Shown here: positions 18,626 through 28,731 of the stretch, one piece after another
Layout of the letters: each line of letters begins with the position of its first letter
Numbering within the stretch: position 1 is the first letter of the stretch
Source: an uncultured virus (IMG/VR IMGVR_UViG_3300050343_000142)
Taxonomy: Duplodnaviria > Heunggongvirae > Uroviricota > Caudoviricetes
Length of the DNA: 64,000 nt
Virus record (IMG/VR): IMGVR_UViG_3300050343_000142
Direction: 5' to 3' (one strand)
Notes under the pieces: model-generated
What the model saw: only the letters and a program-made list of their open reading frames with translations
What the model was told of the DNA's origin: nothing
Databases searched by the model: none
Program-made: the position numbers and the translations under genes

Positions 18626-18954
18626 TAGGTAACCTCTACGCCAGAAACATGAATATTAACAGATGTTGCTGCTGAACATTTTGCAGCTATTGATGCTGAA
18701 GCAGGTACAACCATAGCTAAGTCAATAACTGTAGTTGTGTTTGCTTGAACAGTTGTATCACCAAAAATGATATGTTGGTCACCAGTTGTATCCCCTGTAG
18801 GAATAACTTTGACTTCTACTGTTCTATCAGTTGCTGTATAGTTCGCTAGCAAGATTTGCTTAATAATACACTTATTAGAATTACTGAATACTTGTGCTTC
18901 AGATGTTCCAAGTGCAGTTACTTCTGCAAGTTCTGCTGCTGTATATATTGCCAT
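18625..18954 (-). CDS. small beta-rich virion protein
   Basis: Beta-sandwich-like composition; located in the fibre cluster. Confidence 0.65.
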   Translation of the reverse strand: MAIYTAAELAEVTALGTSEAQVFSNSNKCIIKQILLANYTATDRTVEVKVIPTGDTTGDQHIIFGDTTVQANTTTVIDLAMVVPASASIAAKCSAATSVNIHVSGVEVT

Positions 18955-18963
18955 TTATTCTCC

Positions 18964-19422
18964 TTATAGTCCCATCCACTGAAGTGCTTCTGTTGTGTGT
19001 AGCTGTTGAGCTTTCACTTTAACCATTGCACTAGCGGAATTGTCATATAACATTACTAAATCGTTGTCTTCATCCACATCAATTGATGTTCCGTCTGTAA
19101 GTCTTGTTGCATCTATGTTTAAATCTACTGCACCAGAACCTGCACCTCCAGATATACCTGATAATGCATCAGTGGTAACACCAACAATGTCACCAATGTC
19201 CATTGATAACCAAGAGCTTGCAGTTCTAACTTGTAGACGGTCATCAGTACTGTTGTATATAATCATACCTTCAGTAGCTGTGGTGATTGCGTCTCTTTCT
19301 GTATCTGTGTATGCAGGTATTAATGGTCCACCATCAGCTGAACCAGCTATAAATTCAGATAAACCATTTGAGTCTCCACCTGCTGTGGTAGCTACTCTAA
19401 TAAGATGTTGTCTTGTCGCCAT
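18964..19422 (-). CDS. fibre-associated structural protein
   Basis: P.YT.TERDAI..A.EGMIIYNST motif typical of phage fibre proteins. Confidence 0.7.
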   Translation of the reverse strand: MATRQHLIRVATTAGGDSNGLSEFIAGSADGGPLIPAYTDTERDAITTATEGMIIYNSTDDRLQVRTASSWLSMDIGDIVGVTTDALSGISGGAGSGAVDLNIDATRLTDGTSIDVDEDNDLVMLYDNSASAMVKVKAQQLHTTEALQWMGL

Positions 19423-19619
19423 TACTTAGTTCCTTCTCCATGACTAAAATAGTTCTCAGGGTCGTACTTGCTATTTACAAATTCTCCCACAGACTTTTCA
19501 ATCATATTATAATCTAACTCTTCTTCCTCTGTGTCTTTTAAAAAAGGTAGCATTTTTACTAACCATGAACTAGCCCAACCTATTGCAAAACCTGATATAA
19601 AAGCTATAAATACTTCCAT
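19422..19619 (-). CDS. small single-TM protein
   Basis: Hydrophobic N-terminus; TAATG coupling. Confidence 0.6.
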   Translation of the reverse strand: MEVFIAFISGFAIGWASSWLVKMLPFLKDTEEEELDYNMIEKSVGEFVNSKYDPENYFSHGEGTK

Positions 19620-22600
19620 TATGCAATCACATCCACAGCTATTCTTAAAGAGCCATTACTTGTTTGTCCAACTTCTATAAATCCAGAACCACCTCTTTCA
19701 GTATCTAAACCATAAAGATTTACAACAGTTGCATTGTTAGATATTTCTGCAATTAAGTCTGGATGATTTAACTGTGAGTTATTGTATCTTGAGCCTAAAC
19801 CATAACCACCTAATTGATGAACGCTACGATAAGTTGAACTAGATGTTACAGGTAAACTAATTGCTGTAACTATAAAGTCTGATGATAAACCAAGTGAAGA
19901 CCTAGTAATTGCTGGATAGTTAACCTTGTATAAGTTTCCAATTTTTGTGTAATTAGCTGTTGCAGTAGCAGTAGTCCAGTTACCACTATCAAAACTACCA
20001 GTAGTAGTTAATGTAGAGCTGTAATAAATTGTGGCTGTAAATGTTCCTGTTTCCCAAGTAAGCGTAGCAGTAGCTTCACCTGTGTTATCAATTTTTAATC
20101 TTTCGCTACCTGCTGTGTGCATCCTAATTGTGTCATCATCAGCAGTATCTTCTACCTTAATAAATGTATCTGTGTCGCCATCTCTAAATACTGTTGCAGA
20201 GTTTGAAGTTCCTGTAATGTTTATTGGGTCGCTAGAACCATCAGCAAGAACTAAGTCTATGTCTGTAGCTGAGGTACCAACATTTGTAAATTCTATTGGG
20301 TCTGAACTTGCATTTGCAAGTGTAAGAGGCATCTCATCATTAACACTAAAGCTAACTGCTGCTGCGATATTTGATTTTGCAACTTTCTTTAATGCAGAAG
20401 CACTTGTATCAAATGTTACTAAGAAGTCATCTTCTGCTGGAGAGGTATCTTCTGTTAAAGCAGTTATAGCTGCTGTTGTAATACCTGTAGCATTACCTTC
20501 AAATGTTCCAGCTACAAAAGTCTCTGAGCCAACTGTCCACTTGTCTGTACTTTCGTTCCAAATAAGTGTTTTGTTAGTGTCGTCACCTCTCTCAATTTCA
20601 ATACCACCATTCTCTGAAGCAGAGCCAGTTGCATTGGAATTAAGAACGATTTGATTATCAGCTAAAGCTATTGTTTCTGTATTGACAGTAGTTGTAGTAC
20701 CAGAAACTGTTAAATCACCAGATACAGTTAAGTCATTAAATGTTACATCAGATGTTGTAGCTACAGGCTGTCCAATAGATATTGCTCCAGCGTTATATGT
20801 AACACCAGTTCCACCAGAAAGTCTTGCATCAACTCTAGCGTTAGTAAAGAATAATTGTCCACTACCTTCTGTGATATCGTCTGTATCAGGAACAACATTA
20901 ACCCAAGCACTTCCGTTATATTGTAAGAACTCTCCTGAAGCTAATGAAGTTAGAGTAACATCTGTTAATTGTGCTACTTGTGAACTAGCATCTCCAGGTT
21001 CCCATGTAGAACCAGACCATTTAAGAGCTTGACCACTTGATGGTGCTGAAGTTGTAGTATCTACATCACTTAAATCATCTATTGATACAGTACCAAAGTC
21101 TATATCTACTTCACTATTAGAAGTGTCATCAGTAATTGTAATCTTTGCAGAACCTGCATTAATTTTCTTAAACTCTAAATCTTCTCCAGCTTTTTGTTTA
21201 AATAATCCAACACCAGCAGTTCCAACATTAGAAGCTGTGTTAGTTTCACCAGAACCAGATAGACCAGATACTGAGGATAATACAAATGTTCCTGCACTGT
21301 TATCCCAAGAAACAACCTTTTGGTTTTCACTTGAACCTGGTGTAGAGAATCCAACATTTGCTAAATCTTGTAAGTTAGCTAATGCTATTCTTGCGTCTGC
21401 TCTTGCATTTGTATAATAAAGATTTGATGAGCCTTCTGTTAGCCCGTCTGTATCACTAGGAATATCAGAAGTTAAAGCTAATGTACCAGTACCACTAGGA
21501 ACTGTATGTGTATTAAGAGTTCCAGATAATGTTGTACTACCAGCAACTGTTAATCCAGTATCATTTAATAATTGAAGACTGTCACTTCTTAGTCTTGCAG
21601 TAATAGTACTTGTACCTGCTTTCATATTTGCAAATTCAATAATTCCGTCTTCAGTACCATCAGTTACATCTTGTATCTTTCCAGAAATTTTTGCATAAGT
21701 TCTTTGAGTACTGTTATCACTTTCACCAAAGAATTTAATTTGTCCTAAGTAATCTGCATCAGCAGGGGATGAACTATCTCTAACTAATTCAATTATTGGT
21801 CCAGCAGATGAGCCAGCATCTGTACTTTTAGATTGGAAAGTTCCATTCTCCATTAAGATACTTCCAGCTCCAAAGATTTGATTGTTGTTTAAATCTAAGT
21901 TACCACCAAGTTGTGGAGTAGTATCTTCTACTACATTGTTTATAGATACTGCTTGTGCTCTAGCATCTGTGTAATAAAGATTTGAGCCTTCTGTTAGGTC
22001 ATCAGTAGTTGCTGCTGCTATTCTTGCATCAGCTCGTGCATTTGTGAAATATAAGTTTGTTCCTTCAGCTAAATCGGCTGTATCTTTTGTAGCTAATTGT
22101 GTATCAAAGGTTGAGTTAAAGTCAGCAGTAGCTAACTTAGTTGCAATACTATTTGTTACAGTAGTAGAGAAACTAGCGTCATCTCCTAAAGCAGCTGCTA
22201 ATTCATTAAGAGTGTCTAATGTACCTGGTGCTGAATCTACTAAGTTTGAAACTTGTGTGTTTACATAGCTTTGAGTAGCGTATGTATTATTTGTTAAGTA
22301 TGTACCAACTCTTGTATCTGTATAGTAAAGATTTGAGCCTTCTGATAAATCTCCTGTATCAGCAGCAGCCATCTTAGTATCCCATCTAGCTGTGGTGTAA
22401 TATAAGTTTGTTGAACCTTCTGTTAAATCATCAGTAGTACTGTCTGCTAAAGAAAGTCCTTGTACAGATATAACTCCATCACCACCCATACCAGAGTGAT
22501 GTTGACAATAGTAGTAAAGAGTATCAGCAGTAGCAGCGTCTACAACAATTTGTGTATAAGCACCTGATGTACCTGGAGTTCCGTTTGTTGTAACACCAGT

Positions 22601-25600
22601 TGTATAGTTAGCACCAGAAGCATGAGTACCATTTTTAGTTGTAGATAAAAGTATAGGATGTCCAGAGTTAGAATTATCAGATTGGTCGAACCTATATGTA
22701 ATACCTGGAATAAGTTGTACATTTGCATTTAGCTCTGTATCTAAATAATATTTGTTGCCAGAGCCAGGGTTAGAAACAGTAACTGCAAACTTTATAATTG
22801 CAGTATTGTCTTCAAAGTTTATTGTTTTATTTGTAAGAGTATCAGTAGAGCTTTCAGTTACTACTGTTGAGTCTATTGATATAGCACCAGAGCTAAAATT
22901 AATTCCTGTGCTACCACTTACATAACTATCTATCTTATTTTGTACTCTTGTATCTGTATAATATAAATTATTTGAACCTTCTGATACGTCATCAGTATCT
23001 TGTGTTTTTACACGAAGCATTCCATCATTACCCATACCAGAGTGTGCTGTACAGTAGTAGTACAAGTTAGGTGTCATACCGTCTACTACTATTTGTAGAT
23101 ATGAACCTGTTGAACCTTGTGAACCATTAGTTGTTACACCTGTTGTGTAACTAGAACCACTATTATGTGAACCGTCTTTAGTTTCAGATAAAGCAAATGG
23201 ATGACCAGATGTTGAGGAGTCTGATGTATCAAATCTATATGTTACACCTGGAAGTAGTTGTACAGTACTTGCTAGTTGTCCGTCTAAGTAAAATTTATTA
23301 CCACCTGAAGCATTGGATACTGTTACAGCATATTCAATTATTGCTGTGTTGTTTTCAAAATTAACTACTTTATTAGTTAGTGTTTGAGAGTCAGCTAACG
23401 TAGCTACAGTACCATCAATACTTATAGCACCTGTGCTGTTGTCATAAGTAATTCCTGTACTACCTGTTAAGGATGCTCTAGCTCTTGTAGCAGTATGATA
23501 AAGGTTTGTAGTACCTTCAACCATACTATCTGTATCAAACTCTGAAAAGTCTATGCTTATTGCTCCAGAGCTATATGTTATTCCAGTTCCACCTGTGTGG
23601 TAAGCTGAAACTCTAGCATCTGTATAATAGAGGTTTGTTCCCTCAGATAAGTCAGTAGTTGAATGATTAGATATGTCTGAAACAGTACCTGTGACATTTC
23701 CAGTCAAAGCTCCTTCAAAAGTCCCTGCTACAAATGTCTCACTACCTACAGACCACTTGTCTGTGCTTTCATTCCAAACTAATGTCTTATTACTATCATC
23801 GCCTCTTTCAATCTCAATACCTGCATTCTGAGAAGCATTACCTGTAGCGTTTGAGTTAAGAAGGATAACATTATCTGCTAATTCTATTGTCTCTGTGTTA
23901 ACAGATGTTGTTGTTCCTGATACAGTTAAGTTACCATCGATAACAACGTTTCCGTCTGCATCTATGTTATTAAATGTTACGTTGTCAGTAGTTCCAACTG
24001 ACTGACCTATTACAATTTCACCTGATGTAATTGTTACACCAGTACCACCAGATATGTGTGCTCTGACTTCTGAAGCAGATGGTCCAGTATATGTTATAAC
24101 TCCTGTCGAGTTGTCATATGACAGTGAACCATCTCCTCCAGAATCAGTAACAGAAACAGAAGCTCTAGCTTTTGCATCGGTATAGTAAAGATTAGTTGAG
24201 CCCTCTGTTAGAGAGTCTGTATCATGATTTGCTATAGATGAAACAGTACCAGTAACGTTACCAGTTACATTACCTGTGACATTACCTGTGACTGCACCTG
24301 TATGCGTACCAGCTGTGTTACCAGTTACATCACCTGTAACATCTCCAGTTAAATCTCCAGTTACATTACCTGTTACGTTACAGTTACCTGTGACGTTTCC
24401 AACTAAGTCAGCAGTAACCTGATTAAAAGTTACATCGCTTGATGTTCCTACTTCTTGAGGTATGGTTAAAGTTAATGTTCCAGCAGTGTCATCATAAGTA
24501 GATGTTATTCCTGTTCCTCCAACTACAAGTCCATTTACGATGTCTTCTAAAGCATCTTCTACTTCTGGTAGGTCTACAGTTAAAGTTAATTGATTGTTTG
24601 TGTCGTCATAGCTAATGTCTATTCCACTTGATGTAGAATCTACTAATAATGCAGCGACTCTATCGTCTACTCTTTCTGAGGTAAAGTATAAATTACTACC
24701 TTCAGTTAAATCATCTGTAGTAGCAGCTGCAATTCTAGCGTCAGCCCTTGCGTCTGTGTAATAAAGGTTACTTCCTTCAGACAAGTCACCAGTATCTTTA
24801 CCTGTAAAAGCTGTATCAAATCTTGCAGTAGTATAGTAAAGGTTTGTTCCCTCTGCTAAGTCAGTAGTACTAAAGTCACCAAAATCAACTGTAATAGTTG
24901 GTGTTGCTGTTTCTCCAGTATTGTTAGAAAGGTCTATACCTGTTCCAGCAACAAGGCTTGCAACGTATGCACCTTCAGTATCTGTTCCTAAATTAAGTGG
25001 TTCATTAATAAATGCTGAACCATTGTATCTAAGGATGTCACCTGTTTGTGTAGAAGTTAAAGTTATATCAGATAAATCTCCAACACTAGCTGCTGCTATA
25101 CGAGCATCTGCTCTAGCGTTTGTATAGTAAAGATTAGTTCCTTCTGTTAAATCAGCTGTGTCAAATGAAGACATTGTTACTGCTACTGTTGGTGTTTGTC
25201 CTTCACCTGAGTTAACACTAACACTGATACCAGTACCAGCTACTAAGCTTTCTACATAATCACCTATAGTGTCTGTAGATAAGTTGACTGGGTCATTAAT
25301 CCAGTTAGAGCCATTGTATCTTAAAAAGTCACCACTAGCTAAACTTGAGAATGATACATCGTTCATTTCTTCTAATGTATCTTCTGTCGATACTTGAGCA
25401 TCAACATAAGCGGTAGTTGCTAATTTAGTACTATTATCACTAGAACTTTGAGTTGTAGCTGTGACACCATCTTCAATTGTAGATGTAGCACTCAATGCAC
25501 CAGTGAAAGAAGATGCAACAAATCCGTCTGAACCTACTGTCCAATAATCATTTGTTTCGTCCCATAGTAATGATTTATTAGCTGATGTTCCTCTCTCAAT

Positions 25601-26077
25601 TTCTATACCAGCATTTTCTGTTGGAGAGCCAGTTACATTATTGTTTAAAACTATTGTGTTATCGTCTACTGTTAATGTTTCAGTATTAAGAATTGTTTGT
25701 GTACCGTCAACAGTTAAATTACCTGTAATTGTTACATTGTTAGTAACAGATAAACCACTAAATGTGACTGTATCAGATGTACCTAAACCTAAAGAAGTTC
25801 TTGCTGTTGCACCACTTTCGACAGTCCATGCAGAACCATTGGAAACAATAAAAGCACCATCTGCGTGAGATAGTCCTGCTATTGTTGCTAAGTCTTGGTC
25901 GTAACCTTGTACGTTAACGCCAATCTCAATACCTAATGCAGTTCTTGCACCAGATGCAGTAATGGCACCAGTACCACCATCATCTATACCTATAAAATCT
26001 GCTGCTTGTAATTCAGCAAAGCCGATAGCGTTATTACTACCGTCATAATTAACTCTTACTGGCGTTTTTTCTGCCAT
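19619..26077 (-). CDS. long modular tail fibre (2152 aa)
   Basis: 14 copies of D.L.EG..NLY[YF]T..R, three GIEIERG modules, (GNVT)n, APGTLDTLNELAAALG and two YYYC..H.GM domains. Confidence 0.85.
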   Translation of the reverse strand: MAEKTPVRVNYDGSNNAIGFAELQAADFIGIDDGGTGAITASGARTALGIEIGVNVQGYDQDLATIAGLSHADGAFIVSNGSAWTVESGATARTSLGLGTSDTVTFSGLSVTNNVTITGNLTVDGTQTILNTETLTVDDNTIVLNNNVTGSPTENAGIEIERGTSANKSLLWDETNDYWTVGSDGFVASSFTGALSATSTIEDGVTATTQSSSDNSTKLATTAYVDAQVSTEDTLEEMNDVSFSSLASGDFLRYNGSNWINDPVNLSTDTIGDYVESLVAGTGISVSVNSGEGQTPTVAVTMSSFDTADLTEGTNLYYTNARADARIAAASVGDLSDITLTSTQTGDILRYNGSAFINEPLNLGTDTEGAYVASLVAGTGIDLSNNTGETATPTITVDFGDFSTTDLAEGTNLYYTTARFDTAFTGKDTGDLSEGSNLYYTDARADARIAAATTDDLTEGSNLYFTSERVDDRVAALLVDSTSSGIDISYDDTNNQLTLTVDLPEVEDALEDIVNGLVVGGTGITSTYDDTAGTLTLTIPQEVGTSSDVTFNQVTADLVGNVTGNCNVTGNVTGDLTGDVTGDVTGNTAGTHTGAVTGNVTGNVTGNVTGTVSSIANHDTDSLTEGSTNLYYTDAKARASVSVTDSGGDGSLSYDNSTGVITYTGPSASEVRAHISGGTGVTITSGEIVIGQSVGTTDNVTFNNIDADGNVVIDGNLTVSGTTTSVNTETIELADNVILLNSNATGNASQNAGIEIERGDDSNKTLVWNESTDKWSVGSETFVAGTFEGALTGNVTGTVSDISNHSTTDLSEGTNLYYTDARVSAYHTGGTGITYSSGAISIDFSEFDTDSMVEGTTNLYHTATRARASLTGSTGITYDNSTGAISIDGTVATLADSQTLTNKVVNFENNTAIIEYAVTVSNASGGNKFYLDGQLASTVQLLPGVTYRFDTSDSSTSGHPFALSETKDGSHNSGSSYTTGVTTNGSQGSTGSYLQIVVDGMTPNLYYYCTAHSGMGNDGMLRVKTQDTDDVSEGSNNLYYTDTRVQNKIDSYVSGSTGINFSSGAISIDSTVVTESSTDTLTNKTINFEDNTAIIKFAVTVSNPGSGNKYYLDTELNANVQLIPGITYRFDQSDNSNSGHPILLSTTKNGTHASGANYTTGVTTNGTPGTSGAYTQIVVDAATADTLYYYCQHHSGMGGDGVISVQGLSLADSTTDDLTEGSTNLYYTTARWDTKMAAADTGDLSEGSNLYYTDTRVGTYLTNNTYATQSYVNTQVSNLVDSAPGTLDTLNELAAALGDDASFSTTVTNSIATKLATADFNSTFDTQLATKDTADLAEGTNLYFTNARADARIAAATTDDLTEGSNLYYTDARAQAVSINNVVEDTTPQLGGNLDLNNNQIFGAGSILMENGTFQSKSTDAGSSAGPIIELVRDSSSPADADYLGQIKFFGESDNSTQRTYAKISGKIQDVTDGTEDGIIEFANMKAGTSTITARLRSDSLQLLNDTGLTVAGSTTLSGTLNTHTVPSGTGTLALTSDIPSDTDGLTEGSSNLYYTNARADARIALANLQDLANVGFSTPGSSENQKVVSWDNSAGTFVLSSVSGLSGSGETNTASNVGTAGVGLFKQKAGEDLEFKKINAGSAKITITDDTSNSEVDIDFGTVSIDDLSDVDTTTSAPSSGQALKWSGSTWEPGDASSQVAQLTDVTLTSLASGEFLQYNGSAWVNVVPDTDDITEGSGQLFFTNARVDARLSGGTGVTYNAGAISIGQPVATTSDVTFNDLTVSGDLTVSGTTTTVNTETIALADNQIVLNSNATGSASENGGIEIERGDDTNKTLIWNESTDKWTVGSETFVAGTFEGNATGITTAAITALTEDTSPAEDDFLVTFDTSASALKKVAKSNIAAAVSFSVNDEMPLTLANASSDPIEFTNVGTSATDIDLVLADGSSDPINITGTSNSATVFRDGDTDTFIKVEDTADDDTIRMHTAGSERLKIDNTGEATATLTWETGTFTATIYYSSTLTTTGSFDSGNWTTATATANYTKIGNLYKVNYPAITRSSLGLSSDFIVTAISLPVTSSSTYRSVHQLGGYGLGSRYNNSQLNHPDLIAEISNNATVVNLYGLDTERGGSGFIEVGQTSNGSLRIAVDVIA

Positions 26078-27273
26078 TATTCAGCTACTTCCATGTCTAT
26101 TATGTCTTCTGTACCTGAGCTATCTAAGTATGTAAGTTGTAAAGTTGAATTGTCACTTTTTGCTGGCATAAGTATGTCTACTACAGAACCTGAGCTTTGT
26201 AATAAAGGTAGACTTCTGGTGCTAACACCTACGTATCCTCCACTTCCAGAAACAGCATCTGATGTGGCTACATTAAAAAATTTATTTCTTAAAGGCACTC
26301 CAGAATTTTCTCCTAGTTTAGTAACTACGGGTGCTTTACCAACCATTGATAAAGTCTTAGGTACTTTACTGTTCACTTTAACAGTTTTTGTTGAACTATC
26401 GGTTATTATATCTATCTGGTCACGGTCAGCTTTATACCTTGTATCTAAAGAACTTTCGTCATCAGAATCAATAGTTAATGTATCACTTTCAGCATTAGCT
26501 TGTATAGTATTTTGATTTGTAGAAGCTACTTGGGTAAAAGCACTTTGGTTAACATCACCACTTGTACTTGCAGCAATTGTTATAGTATCTGTTGTTGAAT
26601 CTGATGTAATTGTTACGTTAGAGCCAGCAACTAATGTAAGAGTATCTTCATTACTATCGGCAATCATTGTACTGCCACCAGCAATAATATTTTTAAACGC
26701 TTGTGCTGCTCCTCCACCAGAAGCACTTATAGTTAAGGTATCACTACCTCCATCAGTAGAAAGACTTATACCTGAACCAGCTACTAAATTTAAGGTATCG
26801 CCAGTAGTATCTGCTTGTATGGTGTCTTCACCCGTTACAACTATATTTCCAAAAGCTTGTTGTTGATTTGGTAAATCTGTCCAACTTAGATTTCCATAAC
26901 CATCAGATTTCATTACTTGGTTAGCTGCACCAGAATTACCATTTAATTTAAGTTTTGAACTTAATAAATCAAAGTAACCATCAGTAGTAAACTTTGCACG
27001 TATAGTTCCGTCTGTAGCAAAATATAATTCTTTTGATGCTATTGTACCCATTACTAACGAGCCGTCAGTAACCATTGTTTGTGCGTCTAAGTAAAGATTG
27101 TATCCAATTTCATCACCATTACTATCAACAGTGGTGTCGTCAATATGGACTATTGCATTAGATACTTGATATCCATAAGGGTCTCCATTTGAATCAAGAC
27201 TAAATACATGGTCGTTATAATCGGTAGAGCCAGCTATTCGCTGTGCTGCATCATGAGTGGTATCAATAGGCAT
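26077..27273 (-). CDS. fibre/structural protein with three AF..I...ADT..DTL.L.AG repeats
   Basis: Internal repeats; located among fibre genes. Confidence 0.7.
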   Translation of the reverse strand: MPIDTTHDAAQRIAGSTDYNDHVFSLDSNGDPYGYQVSNAIVHIDDTTVDSNGDEIGYNLYLDAQTMVTDGSLVMGTIASKELYFATDGTIRAKFTTDGYFDLLSSKLKLNGNSGAANQVMKSDGYGNLSWTDLPNQQQAFGNIVVTGEDTIQADTTGDTLNLVAGSGISLSTDGGSDTLTISASGGGAAQAFKNIIAGGSTMIADSNEDTLTLVAGSNVTITSDSTTDTITIAASTSGDVNQSAFTQVASTNQNTIQANAESDTLTIDSDDESSLDTRYKADRDQIDIITDSSTKTVKVNSKVPKTLSMVGKAPVVTKLGENSGVPLRNKFFNVATSDAVSGSGGYVGVSTRSLPLLQSSGSVVDILMPAKSDNSTLQLTYLDSSGTEDIIDMEVAE

Positions 27274-27539
27274 TATTCCTCAGTGGGTAATTCGCTGCCT
27301 AATGTTCCTCCATATAACTTAAATAAATAACGTAATCTATCTAGTTCTTCTTTCAATTGTTTAGTCGTTTCTTTCCAATTTTCAAAATCGGAATGACCTT
27401 CTTCTAATTTATCAACCATCATTTCAAAATGTAGTTGTTCAGCTTCAAACATTCTTTGCAAAACATATTGTCTTTTTGCATCATGGTCAAAAAAGAAGTA
27501 ATTAGTATCCCAGTCGTTTTTAGGTTGTTCCTCTGACAT
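27273..27539 (-). CDS. small acidic helical protein
   Basis: TAATG coupling. Confidence 0.65.
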   Translation of the reverse strand: MSEEQPKNDWDTNYFFFDHDAKRQYVLQRMFEAEQLHFEMMVDKLEEGHSDFENWKETTKQLKEELDRLRYLFKLYGGTLGSELPTEE

Positions 27540-27733
27540 TATTCCTCTAGTTCCGATAGCTTAGCTTTTAATGCAGTTATATCTGCACTTGCGTCAGCTA
27601 AATCTTGAATTATCTGCACATCTTCTTGGTCTGCGAGTTCTAATTCAAATATTCTAAGTTCTTTGTTCTCTATTTGTTTTTCTAAATAATTTATTTGTTT
27701 ATCAACAGATAGATATTCGTAATCGTATGGCAT
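27539..27733 (-). CDS. small acidic coiled-coil protein
   Basis: GAGGAG RBS; heptad pattern. Confidence 0.65.
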   Translation of the reverse strand: MPYDYEYLSVDKQINYLEKQIENKELRIFELELADQEDVQIIQDLADASADITALKAKLSELEE

Positions 27734-27759
27734 GATTTACACTCCTCGTGTAAATAATA

Positions 27760-28515
27760 CTATGAGTTATTGAAACTAGAGGTAATTGAACGGTATGCGT
27801 TCTTAAATTTTGTAGATAAATGTAATTTATGTTCTTTGTCTGTTTTCATTTGTTCATCAGACATTTCACCAACATCTAATATAAAGTCATCTCTTTTAAA
27901 AGGAATTACTTGTATAAAAGGTGTTCCTCTTTCTATAATTATGTCTTTTTGAGTATGTATCAATGTTGGAAAGTTAATAGCATGATAAGAGTCAGTTTCA
28001 ACTATTCCTGACAATACTGTAAATCTTTTTTCAAATTGATAATAAGGAGCTAAAAACATAACAGAATACCCAGGTGGTGTATATATTCTCCAAGGGTTAG
28101 AAAATTTAACTCCTTCTTTAAAATCTTTTTTATCTAGTTTCCAATTGTATATTTGTGAATTATTATGAAACTCAATACCATAAGGAAAGTTTTTATTATC
28201 CCACTCTAATAAAGTTCCATCATTCTGTAGTAGAAAGTCAGACCACATAGGAATAATGTAACCTCCAGAAATCAAGTCAATAATAGCAGGACACCTTTTA
28301 ACAGTTCCGCCATGTAATTTTTTTGCTGTATCGCCTACTTTACCAAAGTAATTTGGTGGCTTATCGTTATTGCCAGGCATTTCTATAAAGTCTGACATAT
28401 CTTTAAACCACTGTGGAATAAAGTAGCTAGCAGGCTTTACGGGTGCAACTTTATGAAGACCTGCGACATCGGTCTTAAACTCGATTATTTTTTTGCCTTC
28501 TTTTTTAAATATCAT
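27760..28515 (-). CDS. DUF6065-like protein, paralog 3
   Basis: IPQWF, KRCP, GYIIPMWSD, TPPGYS, GIVETDSYH. Confidence 0.7.
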   Translation of the reverse strand: MIFKKEGKKIIEFKTDVAGLHKVAPVKPASYFIPQWFKDMSDFIEMPGNNDKPPNYFGKVGDTAKKLHGGTVKRCPAIIDLISGGYIIPMWSDFLLQNDGTLLEWDNKNFPYGIEFHNNSQIYNWKLDKKDFKEGVKFSNPWRIYTPPGYSVMFLAPYYQFEKRFTVLSGIVETDSYHAINFPTLIHTQKDIIIERGTPFIQVIPFKRDDFILDVGEMSDEQMKTDKEHKLHLSTKFKNAYRSITSSFNNS

Positions 28516-28731
28516 TTAGAGCTCTGGGTAAGTACCGCCCAAACCTTCATATTCAGTTCTTTTGTCTAAAATATTTTGCTCAAGAACTGCTAACTTTTCA
28601 TCACTTGCACCATCATCTTCTAGTGTTTTGTAATGCTCTTCCATTGATTTTAATTCATTAGCCAATCTCTTTAGCTTTTCTTCAGCTGTCTCAGATGATG
28701 GGGTAATGAATTTATATTCTTCTAACGCCAT
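28516..28731 (-). CDS. small acidic helical protein
   Basis: Abuts the fibre gene; GGAGG RBS. Confidence 0.6.
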   Translation of the reverse strand: MALEEYKFITPSSETAEEKLKRLANELKSMEEHYKTLEDDGASDEKLAVLEQNILDKRTEYEGLGGTYPEL

